Source: Candidatus Fervidifonticultor secundus
GTDB lineage: Bacteria; Sysuimicrobiota; Sysuimicrobiia; Sysuimicrobiales; Humicultoraceae
Assembly: GCA_031459385.1 (NCBI GenBank)
Contig: JAVKIP010000003.1
Span: 113,006-177,005, forward strand
Direction: 5' to 3'
Length of the DNA: 64,000 bases
The notes beneath the pieces were generated by a model, which was not told where the DNA came from, made no database searches, and saw only the letters and a program-made list of their open reading frames with translations. Position 1 is the stretch's first letter, and each line of letters opens with the position of its first letter. Shown here in pieces: positions 18,424-27,029 of this stretch. The translations under genes and the position numbers were made by a program.

Positions 18424-19092
18424 CTACCGCCCGGGCCCGGGCGTCTTCTCGGTGGGCGCCGCGCCAGGCGCCGCGGGCACGCCGGGCGCGGCAGGCGCCG
18501 CCTCGGGAGCCGCCGCCGGGGCTTCCTCGTGCACGCGTGGTGCGACCACGGTCACGACTACCTCTTCCGGCGGGGTCAGGAGCCTGACGCCCTCAGGCGG
18601 CGTCAGGTCGCTCGCGTGCAGCGACCGCCCGACACCCAGAGCGCTGATGTCCACCTCGAGGCTGTCGGGAATCTGCGTCGGCAGACACTCGACGAGCGCC
18701 TCCCGCAGGTGGTGCTCCACCACACCGCCTTCGGCGACGCCTTTCGGGACGCCCTTGAGCACGATCGGCACGTGGGCCTGCAGAGTCGCGCTGAGCGACA
18801 CCGCGCAGAAGTCGACGTGAATCGGCTCGTGTCGGAAGAGGTCGCGCTGGACCTCTTTCACCATGACCGTGGCGGGTTCGCCGTTGCCCGCCACCTCCAG
18901 GTCGATGAGGACGTTCAACCCCGCATGGGTGCGCAGCACGGCGTTCAGCGCCCTGGCGTCCACTGCGAGCGGCCTCGGTGCGCGGCCGTGCCCGTACAGC
19001 ACCCCGGGGACCATGCCCTGCCGCCGCAGCGCGCGGGCCACCCCCTTGCCCACCCCGGCGCGCGCCTGCGCCTTCAGCGCCACCCGTTCCAT
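18424..19092 (-). CDS. rplY: 50S ribosomal protein L25 / general stress protein Ctc
   Basis: ATG at 19092 (MERVALKAQARAGVGKGVARALRRQGMVPGVLYGHG). It has a Ctc-type C-terminal extension with a Pro/Ala-rich tail and the conserved rplY-pth order. Confidence 0.9.
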   Translation of the reverse strand: MERVALKAQARAGVGKGVARALRRQGMVPGVLYGHGRAPRPLAVDARALNAVLRTHAGLNVLIDLEVAGNGEPATVMVKEVQRDLFRHEPIHVDFCAVSLSATLQAHVPIVLKGVPKGVAEGGVVEHHLREALVECLPTQIPDSLEVDISALGVGRSLHASDLTPPEGVRLLTPPEEVVVTVVAPRVHEEAPAAAPEAAPAAPGVPAAPGAAPTEKTPGPGR

Positions 19093-19147
19093 CGCCAGCT
19101 CCCTCCGACACGCAACAGGCCCCGGCTCCGGGGCCCGAACGCTGTGT

Positions 19148-19175
19148 ATTATAGCACGCACCCTCTGCCTCGCAA
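19148..19175 (-). promoter_or_regulatory. Promoter of rplY-pth (extended -10)
   Basis: On the minus strand: TTGCGA, a 16-nt spacer, then TATAAT preceded by TGC (GTGCTATAAT). A 5' UTR follows, with hairpin GGCCCCGG-AGC-CGGGGCC and SD GGAGGGAG before ATG 19092. Confidence 0.55.
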
Positions 19176-19278
19176 GGGAACCGCACGCGGCCCCCCGACA
19201 CGCGCCCGTCGCCGTGCCGCGAGCAGCAGGCCGTGCTGGCCGCCGCCCGATGCCCTGCGAGTGTGTTATCGTGGGGCC

Positions 19279-20247
19279 ATGACGCCCGTGCACTGGCTTG
19301 CCGACGATCTCGTCCTCATCGATACGCTCTACCACGAGACCGAGCGGGCGGTCGGCGCGTATCTCCTGCTCGGCCGCCGGCCCGCGCTCATCGAGACCGG
19401 TCCTGCCTCCAGGGTCGAGACGCTCCTGGCGGGCGTGCGCGCTGCCGGTCTCGACCCCGCCGCGCTGCAGGCGGTGGCCGTCACGCACATCCACCTCGAC
19501 CACGCCGGCGCCGCCGGCGCGCTGGTGCGCCGCTTCCCCCACCTGGAGGTGTACGTGCACCCGATCGGTGCGCCGCACCTTGCCGATCCGTCGCGGCTGG
19601 TGGCGAGCGCCGGCCGGCTGTACGGCGACCGGCTCGGCCCGCTCTTCGGGGACGTGGTCCCCGTGCCGGCCGACCGCATCCGCCCGCTGGACGACGGTAC
19701 GGCGGTGGCGCTGGGCTCGCGCCGGCTGGTCGCTCTGGCGTCGCCGGGCCACGCCCGCCACCATCTCGTCTACCACGACGCGGCTCGCGGAGAGCTGTTC
19801 ACCGGCGACGCGGCCGGCGTGGCGCTGCCCGGGAGGCGCGCCGTGCGGGCGCCCACGCCGCCGCCGGAGCTCGATATCCCCGCATGGCTGCAGACCCTCG
19901 AGCGGCTGCGCACCCTGCGCCCGCGGCGGCTGCTGCTCACCCACTTCGGCCCCCACGACTGGGCCGACGGCCTGCTGGCGACGCTGGCGGCGCAGCTGCA
20001 GACGCTCGAACGCCTAGCGCTCGAGGCGGTAGATGCCGGGCTGGACGAGCCGTCCGCGCTGGCCCGACTCGCGCGCGCCGTCGCGGGCAGCGGGCAGGAT
20101 CAGGCGAGCGCGGCAGCCGCGGAAGACCGCGCAGGTGCGGCAGGCCAGGGCGCGGGCAGCGACGCCGAGCGGCTCGAGGTGATCATGGCCTCGTGGCAGA
20201 GCGCACAGGGGCTGTTGCGGTACGCGCGGACGCGCCGGGAGCGCTGA
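19279..20247 (+). CDS. MBL-fold metallo-hydrolase
   Basis: ATG 19279 (MTPVHWLADDLVLIDTLY) and the HxHxDH motif THIHLDHAGAAG. Confidence 0.8.
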   Translation: MTPVHWLADDLVLIDTLYHETERAVGAYLLLGRRPALIETGPASRVETLLAGVRAAGLDPAALQAVAVTHIHLDHAGAAGALVRRFPHLEVYVHPIGAPHLADPSRLVASAGRLYGDRLGPLFGDVVPVPADRIRPLDDGTAVALGSRRLVALASPGHARHHLVYHDAARGELFTGDAAGVALPGRRAVRAPTPPPELDIPAWLQTLERLRTLRPRRLLLTHFGPHDWADGLLATLAAQLQTLERLALEAVDAGLDEPSALARLARAVAGSGQDQASAAAAEDRAGAAGQGAGSDAERLEVIMASWQSAQGLLRYARTRRER

Positions 20248-20272
20248 GACATCCCGCCCGTGTGACCCTGCC

Positions 20273-22378
20273 TCAAAACCGGGGGTTATCGTACCAGCGG
20301 TCGATGATCTGATAGGCTGCTCGCAGGAACCGGGCATCCACGCCGCCCCCGGGGTCGAGGACGTACCCGACGCCCTGGTTGATGTGGATGTACTGGCCCA
20401 GCAGCGCCCCGGTGAACTCGCCCGCCTGGTTGATGCTGATGTTGGCCCTCGGGGCGAAAACCACTGCCGACACCCGGTTCTCCTGATCCCACCAGATGGA
20501 CGCGACGCCGGTCTCCTCGTACGACGGGTCGCTGGCGCAGCTCAGCACCTGGATGCGGTCCCCCGGCCAGACGAGCAGCGCGCCCGGCTTGGTGTCGTCC
20601 ACGCCGAACCACGACCGCTGCCCCAGACGGAACGTCCTCCCCACGTGGAAGTACACTTTTCCTCTCCCGGAGATGGCCAGGACCGCGTCCCGCTCGAAGA
20701 TGACGCTGGTGGCATGGATGTGCAGTTCGGCCGCGGGGTTGTCCGGCGTGCTGATCGTCATCCGCTGCCCGGCCCCCGGATGCACCTCATCGTAGCGGAG
20801 TTCCTTCACCAGGCCCTCGGCCTCGCTGTGCACGATGCGCAGCGGCGCATCGTTGTTCGGGTCTGGGCTCGGCGTGCACGGGGGCGGCACGAACGGCGCG
20901 CACAGGACCTCCCGCACGTGCTCCCGCACCACGCCGTCGACCTGCGCGGCACAGCCCTGCGAGCAGTTCACGTCGCGCCCTGCGAAGGCGTTGCCGAAGA
21001 TCGCGCGCGGCTCGGCGTAGATGACCGCCGTATCGGCGACCTTGTCGATATACCCTCGCTCGACGACCGAGGGGTTGGGGTTCAGATCGTCGAGCTGGTC
21101 GTTCCTCGGCGCGATCTCCGCGACGAACCGCCACGGCGCATTCGGCGTGCCGTCTTCCCTGCGCCGGTAGATGCGCCGCTTGAGCACGGTGGCGCTCTCG
21201 GGAATGCCGGTGAGCTTCGTGTACTGGCCGTTCAGGTCCAGTGGACCGGCGGCGGGGCTCGCGGGGCTGCTCCCCACGGACTCGATCTCGGCGGTCGTGG
21301 AACCCGGGTAGCGGTACACGTACGTGACCTTGTACGTGTAGCGGCCAGTCAGTCCCGGGGGCCGGACCGGCGGGTCGGCGGGAGCGGCCGCCGGCGCGCT
21401 CGCCGGCGCGGGCGGGCTGGGCGCCGTGGGGATCTGATGGATGAGCTCGCCGTCGACCCGCGTGTCGAGGTAGGTCTGCGTGCTATTGTCCGGAATCTCG
21501 CCCACGAAGAACCACGGCCCCGTCGCCGCCTGCCCCGCGCGGGTTCTGTAGACTCTCCGCTTGACGATCGCCGCGGCGCCCAGAGGGATATTCGTCAGGG
21601 ACCCGCTCTGGTTCGACAGCGCGACCGCGCCCGTCGCCGGGCTGCCGGCAGACTCGGCGCCGGCTGCGGTCACAAAGGTGACCTTCCAGGAGTAGGTGCC
21701 GGTCAGCCCGCGCGGCGCCTCGTCAGGGTCGATGGCGGTGGGCGTAAACCCGGCAGCGCCGGGGGGCGCCGCGAGGTCGTCGTCCCTCGCCTGGATGGTC
21801 CCCGGGTTGCGCCGTGGCCCCGCAACGGAGATGTCCCGATTGCTGGCCACATCGGCGGTGACAGACGTACCCTGGTCGAGCCGGACGCCCCGCCGGCCGC
21901 AGAACCCGCCGAACGCATCGCCGCCCGGCGGCGAGCGCCGCACCCATACCTCGATCCGACGCCGAGCGCGCCCGACGCTGCTGGTGGCGATGACGTGCCG
22001 CACCTCGTTGTCCTGACAGCCTGTGGCTCCGGGCGCGGCGCCGTCGGTGCACCGCACGGCGACCTGGAACACCCCTGGACCGAATGCGATGGGTGTTCCC
22101 GACCCCGTCCAGCACTCGTCGTTGGAATGGTTCGGGGCGCACACCCAGGGCGGAGTGGTCTGCACGGCCCGGTCGTAGAGCTGCGAAATCGCGTAGGCGA
22201 CGCCGGCCTCCGCCACGTTCAGCGTCTGGATCGCGAGACGGTTGGCCACCGCGCCGTGCAGGTCGCTCATGACCACCGAGAACACGCCGATGCCCATGAG
22301 CCCGACGAGGAGCGAGGTCACGAGCACGAGGGGAAGGGCGAAGCCTGGCTCCCTCCGCAGCCGGCGACACGTCACCAT
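20273..22378 (-). CDS. Module 1 X: large PilX/GspK-like minor pilin (701 aa)
   Basis: ATG at 22378 inside a longer ORF. The N-terminus RREPGFALPLVLVTSLLVGLMGIGVFSVVMSDLHGAVANRLAIQTLNVAEAGV has PilX-N-terminal-domain character: a hydrophobic helix, no Glu5, and ..Q(A/T)..(V/L)AEAG. It ends ...IIDRWYDNPRF and contains an internal ~90-aa duplication. Confidence 0.7.
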   Translation of the reverse strand: MVTCRRLRREPGFALPLVLVTSLLVGLMGIGVFSVVMSDLHGAVANRLAIQTLNVAEAGVAYAISQLYDRAVQTTPPWVCAPNHSNDECWTGSGTPIAFGPGVFQVAVRCTDGAAPGATGCQDNEVRHVIATSSVGRARRRIEVWVRRSPPGGDAFGGFCGRRGVRLDQGTSVTADVASNRDISVAGPRRNPGTIQARDDDLAAPPGAAGFTPTAIDPDEAPRGLTGTYSWKVTFVTAAGAESAGSPATGAVALSNQSGSLTNIPLGAAAIVKRRVYRTRAGQAATGPWFFVGEIPDNSTQTYLDTRVDGELIHQIPTAPSPPAPASAPAAAPADPPVRPPGLTGRYTYKVTYVYRYPGSTTAEIESVGSSPASPAAGPLDLNGQYTKLTGIPESATVLKRRIYRRREDGTPNAPWRFVAEIAPRNDQLDDLNPNPSVVERGYIDKVADTAVIYAEPRAIFGNAFAGRDVNCSQGCAAQVDGVVREHVREVLCAPFVPPPCTPSPDPNNDAPLRIVHSEAEGLVKELRYDEVHPGAGQRMTISTPDNPAAELHIHATSVIFERDAVLAISGRGKVYFHVGRTFRLGQRSWFGVDDTKPGALLVWPGDRIQVLSCASDPSYEETGVASIWWDQENRVSAVVFAPRANISINQAGEFTGALLGQYIHINQGVGYVLDPGGGVDARFLRAAYQIIDRWYDNPRF

Positions 22379-22395
22379 CGTGCGCACCTCGCCTT

Positions 22396-23034
22396 CTATG
22401 GCCCGCGTAGGCTGACGACCGTCTGGTACGTCTGCCGCTCGGGCGGCCGCCCTGCGGCCGATGCCGCCTCCACGGTCATCGTGATCCTCAGCGAGTGGAC
22501 CTGCCGGCGATCGGCGGTCACGTTGCCGTCCCGATCGAGGTAGACGAACCCGCCCCCACTCTGCACGATGGGTGGGGTGAGGGCGATGCGGCTGGGATCC
22601 GGGGCGGTCCGGGTGGTGACCTCGTCGGTGCACGGCTCCACTTCCTCGGGGCGGGTCTCCTGATAGAGCGTCTGGTTCTCCACGTAGTACACGTAGCGCA
22701 GTCGATCGTCGGGAGGTGCGCCGGGTGGGGACCGGTCCTCGAGGATGGCGTGGAAGGCCAGCCGCTGGCCGAATCCGTTGCCGGTGCCGATGACCAGGAA
22801 GCCCTCGGGGCAGGGCCGGTCGGCGTCGTAGTTCACCTGGCGCACCCGGTCGGCCAGCCACGCCATGGCCTGCCGTGCGCGCTCCTGGTCCGAGACCCGG
22901 GCGTGGACGATGAACCGCCCCCTGATGACGGCGCTGAGCAGCAGGTAGAGGCTGCTCACGACCAGCGCGGCGATGGCTAGGCTGGAGACCAGCTCGATCA
23001 GGGTCAGGCCCTCGGCGCGGCGCAGCAGCTTCAC
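22396..23034 (-). CDS. Module 1 W: PilW/GspJ-like prepilin-type minor pilin
   Basis: GTG at 23034 overlaps the upstream stop (GTGA). The class III signal is VKLLRRAEG|LTLIELVSSLAIAALVV. Confidence 0.75.
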   Translation of the reverse strand: MKLLRRAEGLTLIELVSSLAIAALVVSSLYLLLSAVIRGRFIVHARVSDQERARQAMAWLADRVRQVNYDADRPCPEGFLVIGTGNGFGQRLAFHAILEDRSPPGAPPDDRLRYVYYVENQTLYQETRPEEVEPCTDEVTTRTAPDPSRIALTPPIVQSGGGFVYLDRDGNVTADRRQVHSLRITMTVEAASAAGRPPERQTYQTVVSLRGP

Positions 23035-23555
23035 GGCGGGCACCGTCCGGTGAAGATCTCCGCAACGTACGTCGTGGTGGAGGCGTCCGGCGGGTACACA
23101 TCCGGGTCTGGCCGCGGTCCGGGCCCCCAATCGGTCTTGTAGTAGTACACGGTGACGCGCTGCATCGCGGGCCCCGCCGGCTCGACCTCCACGTACCCTG
23201 CGTCGGGAGCCGTCCCGGCCCGGCCCTCGACCACGGCCGGCAGCGCCGGTTCGCCCCGCAGCGTCGGATGCGGGACCTTCCAGCCCGGTTCGGGCAGCGG
23301 GGAGCACAGACGCCGCAGGAACTCGATCTCCCCCTGCATCCACAGGGTGGCTGCGCTGCGATCCTGGGACTGCTGGCGAGTGATGGTCAGGCTGCCGACG
23401 ATCGCGCCCATCATGAGCGGTGTCGCCAGCCCCAGGATCAGCATCGTGACGAGCAACTCGACCAGCGTGAAGCCCCCGCGCCCAGACCAGGACGCGAGGG
23501 CCCTCGCCGTGGCTGCGGGTGCCCTATCCACAGTCGGACGGTCGCCGCGTGTCAT
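23031..23555 (-). CDS. Module 1 V: PilV/GspI-like prepilin-type minor pilin
   Basis: The class III signal is ...WSGRGG|FTLVELLVTMLILGL. Confidence 0.75.
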   Translation of the reverse strand: MTRGDRPTVDRAPAATARALASWSGRGGFTLVELLVTMLILGLATPLMMGAIVGSLTITRQQSQDRSAATLWMQGEIEFLRRLCSPLPEPGWKVPHPTLRGEPALPAVVEGRAGTAPDAGYVEVEPAGPAMQRVTVYYYKTDWGPGPRPDPDVYPPDASTTTYVAEIFTGRCPP

Positions 23556-24078
23556 CGGTGATCGCTCCGGTCTGCGCCGCCACGCAGATGTGGTAGGCCT
23601 TGCCTGTCAGGCTGCTGCGCACCCTGAGGGTCCCGCCGGCCTGCGGAATGCCCGTGGGGTCCCAGGCGAGCGCGGCCGGCAGGGACGACCATTCGACATC
23701 GGCGGGGAAGCAGTAGCGCTTGATCACGGCCGCCGCCTGCGCAATCGTGTACGACGGTCGGTCGACGCATGCCGGATCGCTGGCCGCGAACGTCACATCG
23801 ACGTCGGCGCGGCGCGTCAGCGCTTCCTGCTGGGCGACGCGCAGATCGGACGCCAGGGTGCGCGCCACGGCCAGCGCGCGCTGGTTGCTCTGGTAGTTGC
23901 GGTACGAGGGCAGGCTGAGCCCGAGGACGACGCCCGCCAGCGCGAGGACGAGCACGGTCTCCAGATACGAGACACCACGCTGACCCCTGTAGGGAACCGC
24001 CGCCCCGCCCATCGGCGCCGACGCCTGCGCTCGGCCCTCGCGCGCCGAGCGCCGCTCAGAATCACGAAGAGAGCGCAT
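23524..24078 (-). CDS. Module 1 H: FimT/GspH-like prepilin-type minor pilin
   Basis: ATG 24078 lies 8 nt after the AGAGGG of the upstream riboswitch-like element. The signal is ...YRGQRG|VSYLETVLVLALAGVV, followed by ARTLASDLRVAQQEA (GspH/FimT-like). Confidence 0.7.
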   Translation of the reverse strand: MRSLRDSERRSAREGRAQASAPMGGAAVPYRGQRGVSYLETVLVLALAGVVLGLSLPSYRNYQSNQRALAVARTLASDLRVAQQEALTRRADVDVTFAASDPACVDRPSYTIAQAAAVIKRYCFPADVEWSSLPAALAWDPTGIPQAGGTLRVRSSLTGKAYHICVAAQTGAITDDTRRPSDCG

Positions 24079-24086
24079 CCGCGCGG

Positions 24087-24176
24087 CCCTCTTCGGTAGC
24101 CCGGCCGACCCGCCGACACAGCCGGGTCCCGCAGCTTTGCGCCCCCGGATCGCTCCGGGGTCAGCCCGTTCGGAGG
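24087..24176 (-). promoter_or_regulatory. c-di-GMP-I (GEMM-I)-like riboswitch, copy A, leader of module 1
   Basis: The minus-strand RNA is CCUCCGAACGGGCUGACCCCGGAGCGAUCCGGGGGCGCAAAGCUGCGGGACCCGGCUGUGUCGGCGGGUCGGCCGGGCUACCGAAGAGGG. It shares the GGC(A/U)(A)ACC - hairpin - GGG(A/G)CGCAAAGC - hairpin - GGGYUACCGA layout that I recall from GEMM-I (for example Vc2). Two further copies occur in the window. Confidence 0.7.
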
Positions 24177-24343
24177 TGTCGGCTCGAACCTTCCCTGCAA
24201 GCTCCCTGGACCTTCACCGGAGGTGCCCCACCGCCGGCGAAGGGTTGTGAGTGTTCTCCAGGCCGGCGAGAACTCCTCCTGACGATCCCCTGGGCGATTT
24301 GCCCCGGGGTGAAGGTCCCCGGGGTGATGTTCCCCTGCGGGGC

Positions 24344-24940
24344 TCAGTCCGGAACCTTCTCGGGCCCCCTGTTCCGGTAGGCGTTGATGAACGCCACGAT
24401 CCGGCCCTCGTCGTAGGCGTCGAGCGTCAACAGCCGCTCCCAGGCCGCCACGGCAATGGCGCGGTCGTTCTGCGGCCGCGGCGTCAGGATGACCTTGCTG
24501 CGATACCGCCCCACCAGCTCTTCCAGCTTCTCCACCAGCGCGGTGTCCTTCGGATCCCGGTAGGAGATCCAGATGCCGCCGTGTTCCAGGTTGTGAACGA
24601 CGATCTCGTCGGGGATCGGCTCGCGATGGACGCCCCAGGGCGCCACCTGGTTCCCGGTGTGCCAGCCAGAGGTGGGCGGGTTGGAGTTGTATGGCGGGTG
24701 CGGTTGGCCCAGCGCGATGTGCTGTCGGCCCTGACCCGGGATGCGGTCGCCCGGGCCGGGGCGCAGCGCCGACCAGACGATGAGCGCCACCAGCACGACC
24801 GCACCCGCCGCCACGCTGCCGTAGACCGTGACCTGCCGCCTGCGCCGGCGCGTCTGCTCCTGCCGCTGGGCCTGGCGCCGGGCCTCGCGGGCGGCTTCCC
24901 GACGCTGGTGCTTGGCTTCTCGCGCGGTGGACCCGGCCAT
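24344..24940 (-). CDS. DUF3105 domain-containing membrane-anchored protein
   Basis: It has an Arg-rich N-terminus and one TM helix, then HPPYNSNPPTSGWH and VVHNLEHGGIWISY motifs typical of DUF3105. Confidence 0.7.
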   Translation of the reverse strand: MAGSTAREAKHQRREAAREARRQAQRQEQTRRRRRQVTVYGSVAAGAVVLVALIVWSALRPGPGDRIPGQGRQHIALGQPHPPYNSNPPTSGWHTGNQVAPWGVHREPIPDEIVVHNLEHGGIWISYRDPKDTALVEKLEELVGRYRSKVILTPRPQNDRAIAVAAWERLLTLDAYDEGRIVAFINAYRNRGPEKVPD

Positions 24941-25133
24941 GAGGACGCTCCCTGAGCCTTCCCCCAGAGCCTGCAGGGGAGTTCTTCGATCGTGGTGTAA
25001 TCTTCCCGCCGGCGCGCCTGGCGCACGGCGGTGGACCTGGCACGCTCCCTAGTCTAGCAGTTGCGTCAAGGGCCGGCACTGTCGCCTGGCGGCCTGGATC
25101 GCTTCGGCCACAGGCACTGAGGGACCGACTGGG

Positions 25134-25862
25134 ATGCACCGCCGGTGGGCACTGTTGCTATGGAGCAGGAGTCGCGACGTCCTCCGACAATGGCCACCCC
25201 GGAGCGATCCGGGGGCGCAAAGTCCCAGGGCCCGCGCGATCCGCGGGCTGGCTGCACTGCCGAAGAGGGCGACGTGTGAGTCATGCCAGGGCACACGCGC
25301 TGGCTCGGAGGCGAGGACCATCACGTCCAGGGCGCGAGACGGATTCACCCTGCTGGAAACCCTGATCGTTGTGGCGGTGCTGGGCCTGCTCCTGGGCTTC
25401 TCTGTGCCCCTCTACCGCGGCTCCCTGGCCGACCGCGCCGTCTGGAACGCCGCCTTTCAGGTCCAGAACGACCTCCGGCTGGCGCAGCAGGTCGCCCTCG
25501 CCAGGGCAGGGCGCGGGCCGAGGGTGGAGCTGTGCTTCCTGAGCGCGAACCATGACGCCGGCTACGAGATCTACACGGTGGACTACACCGACCGGTTTGC
25601 GCGGACGGGCGCGGTGATCGGCCAGACGGTGAAGGTCGTCAGGGCCGGCGAGGCCTTCCGCACCGGCCTCGACGTGGACGTGGAGGCAGGGGCAACGCAG
25701 GCCTGCCTGGCCGGTGGCGGCAGACCGGCACTGGTCTACCTGAGCACGGGCAGCCCGACGTTTGCCACCGAGCGGCGCATCACCCTTACCTATCAGGGCC
25801 GCTCGCGGTGCGTCACGATCACCCCCACGACGGGCCGCGCCACGGCGGGGCGGTGTCCGTGA
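25134..25862 (+). CDS. Module 2 H: FimT/GspH-like prepilin-type minor pilin (start unresolved)
   Basis: The signal is ...SRARDG|FTLLETLIVVAVLGLLLG, followed by AAFQVQNDLRLAQQVA. The only canonical in-frame start is ATG 25134, which lies upstream of the riboswitch-like element. The real start is probably downstream (see findings). Confidence 0.6.
   Translation: MHRRWALLLWSRSRDVLRQWPPRSDPGAQSPRARAIRGLAALPKRATCESCQGTRAGSEARTITSRARDGFTLLETLIVVAVLGLLLGFSVPLYRGSLADRAVWNAAFQVQNDLRLAQQVALARAGRGPRVELCFLSANHDAGYEIYTVDYTDRFARTGAVIGQTVKVVRAGEAFRTGLDVDVEAGATQACLAGGGRPALVYLSTGSPTFATERRITLTYQGRSRCVTITPTTGRATAGRCP
25181..25269 (+). promoter_or_regulatory. c-di-GMP-I (GEMM-I)-like riboswitch, copy B, leader of module 2
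   Basis: CCUCCGACAAUGGCCACCCCGGAGCGAUCCGGGGGCGCAAAGUCCCAGGGCCCGCGCGAUCCGCGGGCUGGCUGCACUGCCGAAGAGGG. It has the same conserved blocks as copies A and C, with a different but still self-complementary second hairpin. Confidence 0.7.
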
Positions 25863-26413
25863 GGGCGGTCCGTGGCAGCCGGACCGGCCCTCCCCGACTG
25901 CGCGCCGCCGGCTTTACCACCTTCGAGGTCCTGCTGGCCGCCGTGGTGGTGGCGCTCGTGGTGGCGTTCACGATCCGGGTGGTTGTCGCGACACTGGGGC
26001 TCGTGGGAAGTTCCGAGCGGGACCCGCAGCACGGCGCGCGCGCCCGGTCGCAGGCGACCGAGTGGATCCAGGCAGCGATCGAATACAGCCGGGCCGTCGG
26101 GTTCGACGCGCTGCGCAGGGCGCCGACGTGCGCTGCGCTGACCGCGCTGTCGCCATGTCACTTCTGGATTCCGCCGGCGGTCGACAGCGCGGATAGGCCG
26201 TTCGACCTGGGGCCGGCGCTGCCTTCTGGCTTCGACTGCGGCCATGTGCAACTGGCGCAGTGGAGCGCCAGCCCGCCGCCCGGCGGCGATCTCGACAACC
26301 TGCTGTCGCTGACCGTGGAGGTCTACCGGTCCCGCACGTCCTGCGACGCCGGCGGGACCGGGCAGGCGTTCATGACCGCTCAGACCGCCATCGCCAGGCG
26401 GCAGGGACCGTAG
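25859..26413 (+). CDS. Module 2 V: PilV/GspI-like prepilin-type minor pilin
   Basis: GTG 25859 overlaps the upstream stop (GTGA). The signal is VRAVRGSRTGPPRLRAAG|FTTFEVLLAAVVVALVV. Confidence 0.75.
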   Translation: MRAVRGSRTGPPRLRAAGFTTFEVLLAAVVVALVVAFTIRVVVATLGLVGSSERDPQHGARARSQATEWIQAAIEYSRAVGFDALRRAPTCAALTALSPCHFWIPPAVDSADRPFDLGPALPSGFDCGHVQLAQWSASPPPGGDLDNLLSLTVEVYRSRTSCDAGGTGQAFMTAQTAIARRQGP

Positions 26414-26427
26414 ACGAGGAACCGGGC

Positions 26428-27018
26428 GTGGTCAGGGCGACCGGCCGGGTGCGCGAGCGGGGCATGACCCTGATGGATGTGGTGGTGGGCCTGGCGCTCA
26501 TGACCGTCGCGGCCCTGGGGATCTTCGCCGGCTTCAAGGGCGCGCTCACCGGCTGGACCGTGGCCCAGCAGGTCACCGCGGAATCCCACAACGCGCGCTT
26601 CGTGCTCGAGTACGTGGCGCGGCTGCTCCGGATGGCCGGGAACGAGTACGCCGGCGGTCCGCCGCTGGCCGTGACGAACCCAGACGAGGTCGTCTTCCTG
26701 GGCAACGTGGACGACGACCCGCAGGTGGAGTGCTACAGCATCTACCGCGACGGGCAGGGCGTCGTCCGCATCTTCGCGATGGAGCTGGGGGGCGCGGACC
26801 CGCCGCCGGCGGCGTGCACCGGCGCCCGGGCCGCGGGAGCGGGCCAGCCGCTGACGACCCAGGTCGAGGCGCGGAACATCACCGTGGAAGACCTGCGGCT
26901 CTCGTACAGCCCGACGGTGCTGCCGCGACGGGTGACGCTCGAGATCCGCGTGCGCGGGGTCGGCTCACCCGGACCGTTGACGATGTCCACCCAGGTGTTC
27001 TTGCGCGCAGGACAGTAG
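26428..27018 (+). CDS. Module 2 W: PilW/GspJ-like prepilin-type minor pilin
   Basis: GTG 26428. The signal is VVRATGRVRERG|MTLMDVVVGLALMTVAALG, with Asp rather than Glu at +5. Confidence 0.7.
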   Translation: MVRATGRVRERGMTLMDVVVGLALMTVAALGIFAGFKGALTGWTVAQQVTAESHNARFVLEYVARLLRMAGNEYAGGPPLAVTNPDEVVFLGNVDDDPQVECYSIYRDGQGVVRIFAMELGGADPPPAACTGARAAGAGQPLTTQVEARNITVEDLRLSYSPTVLPRRVTLEIRVRGVGSPGPLTMSTQVFLRAGQ

Positions 27019-27029
27019 GGGGCGAGCCC

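Noticed and set aside
24177-24343. Repeated TCACCCCGGGG palindromes and a GAGTTCTC/GAGAAC inverted repeat between the DUF3105 stop and riboswitch copy A, considered as an operator or terminator-antiterminator.
   Set aside because: These are short GC palindromes of a kind common in this genome, and they are not conserved upstream of copies B and C. They may be the DUF3105 terminator, but the evidence is too weak to annotate.
25283-25555. A 90-aa ORF starting at the ATG that follows riboswitch copy B.
   Set aside because: Its product (MPGHTRWLGGEDHHVQGARRIHPAGNPDRCGG...) has no pilin or other features, and it fully overlaps the obvious prepilin frame. The ATG is more likely the remnant of the true start displaced by an indel, or simply unused.
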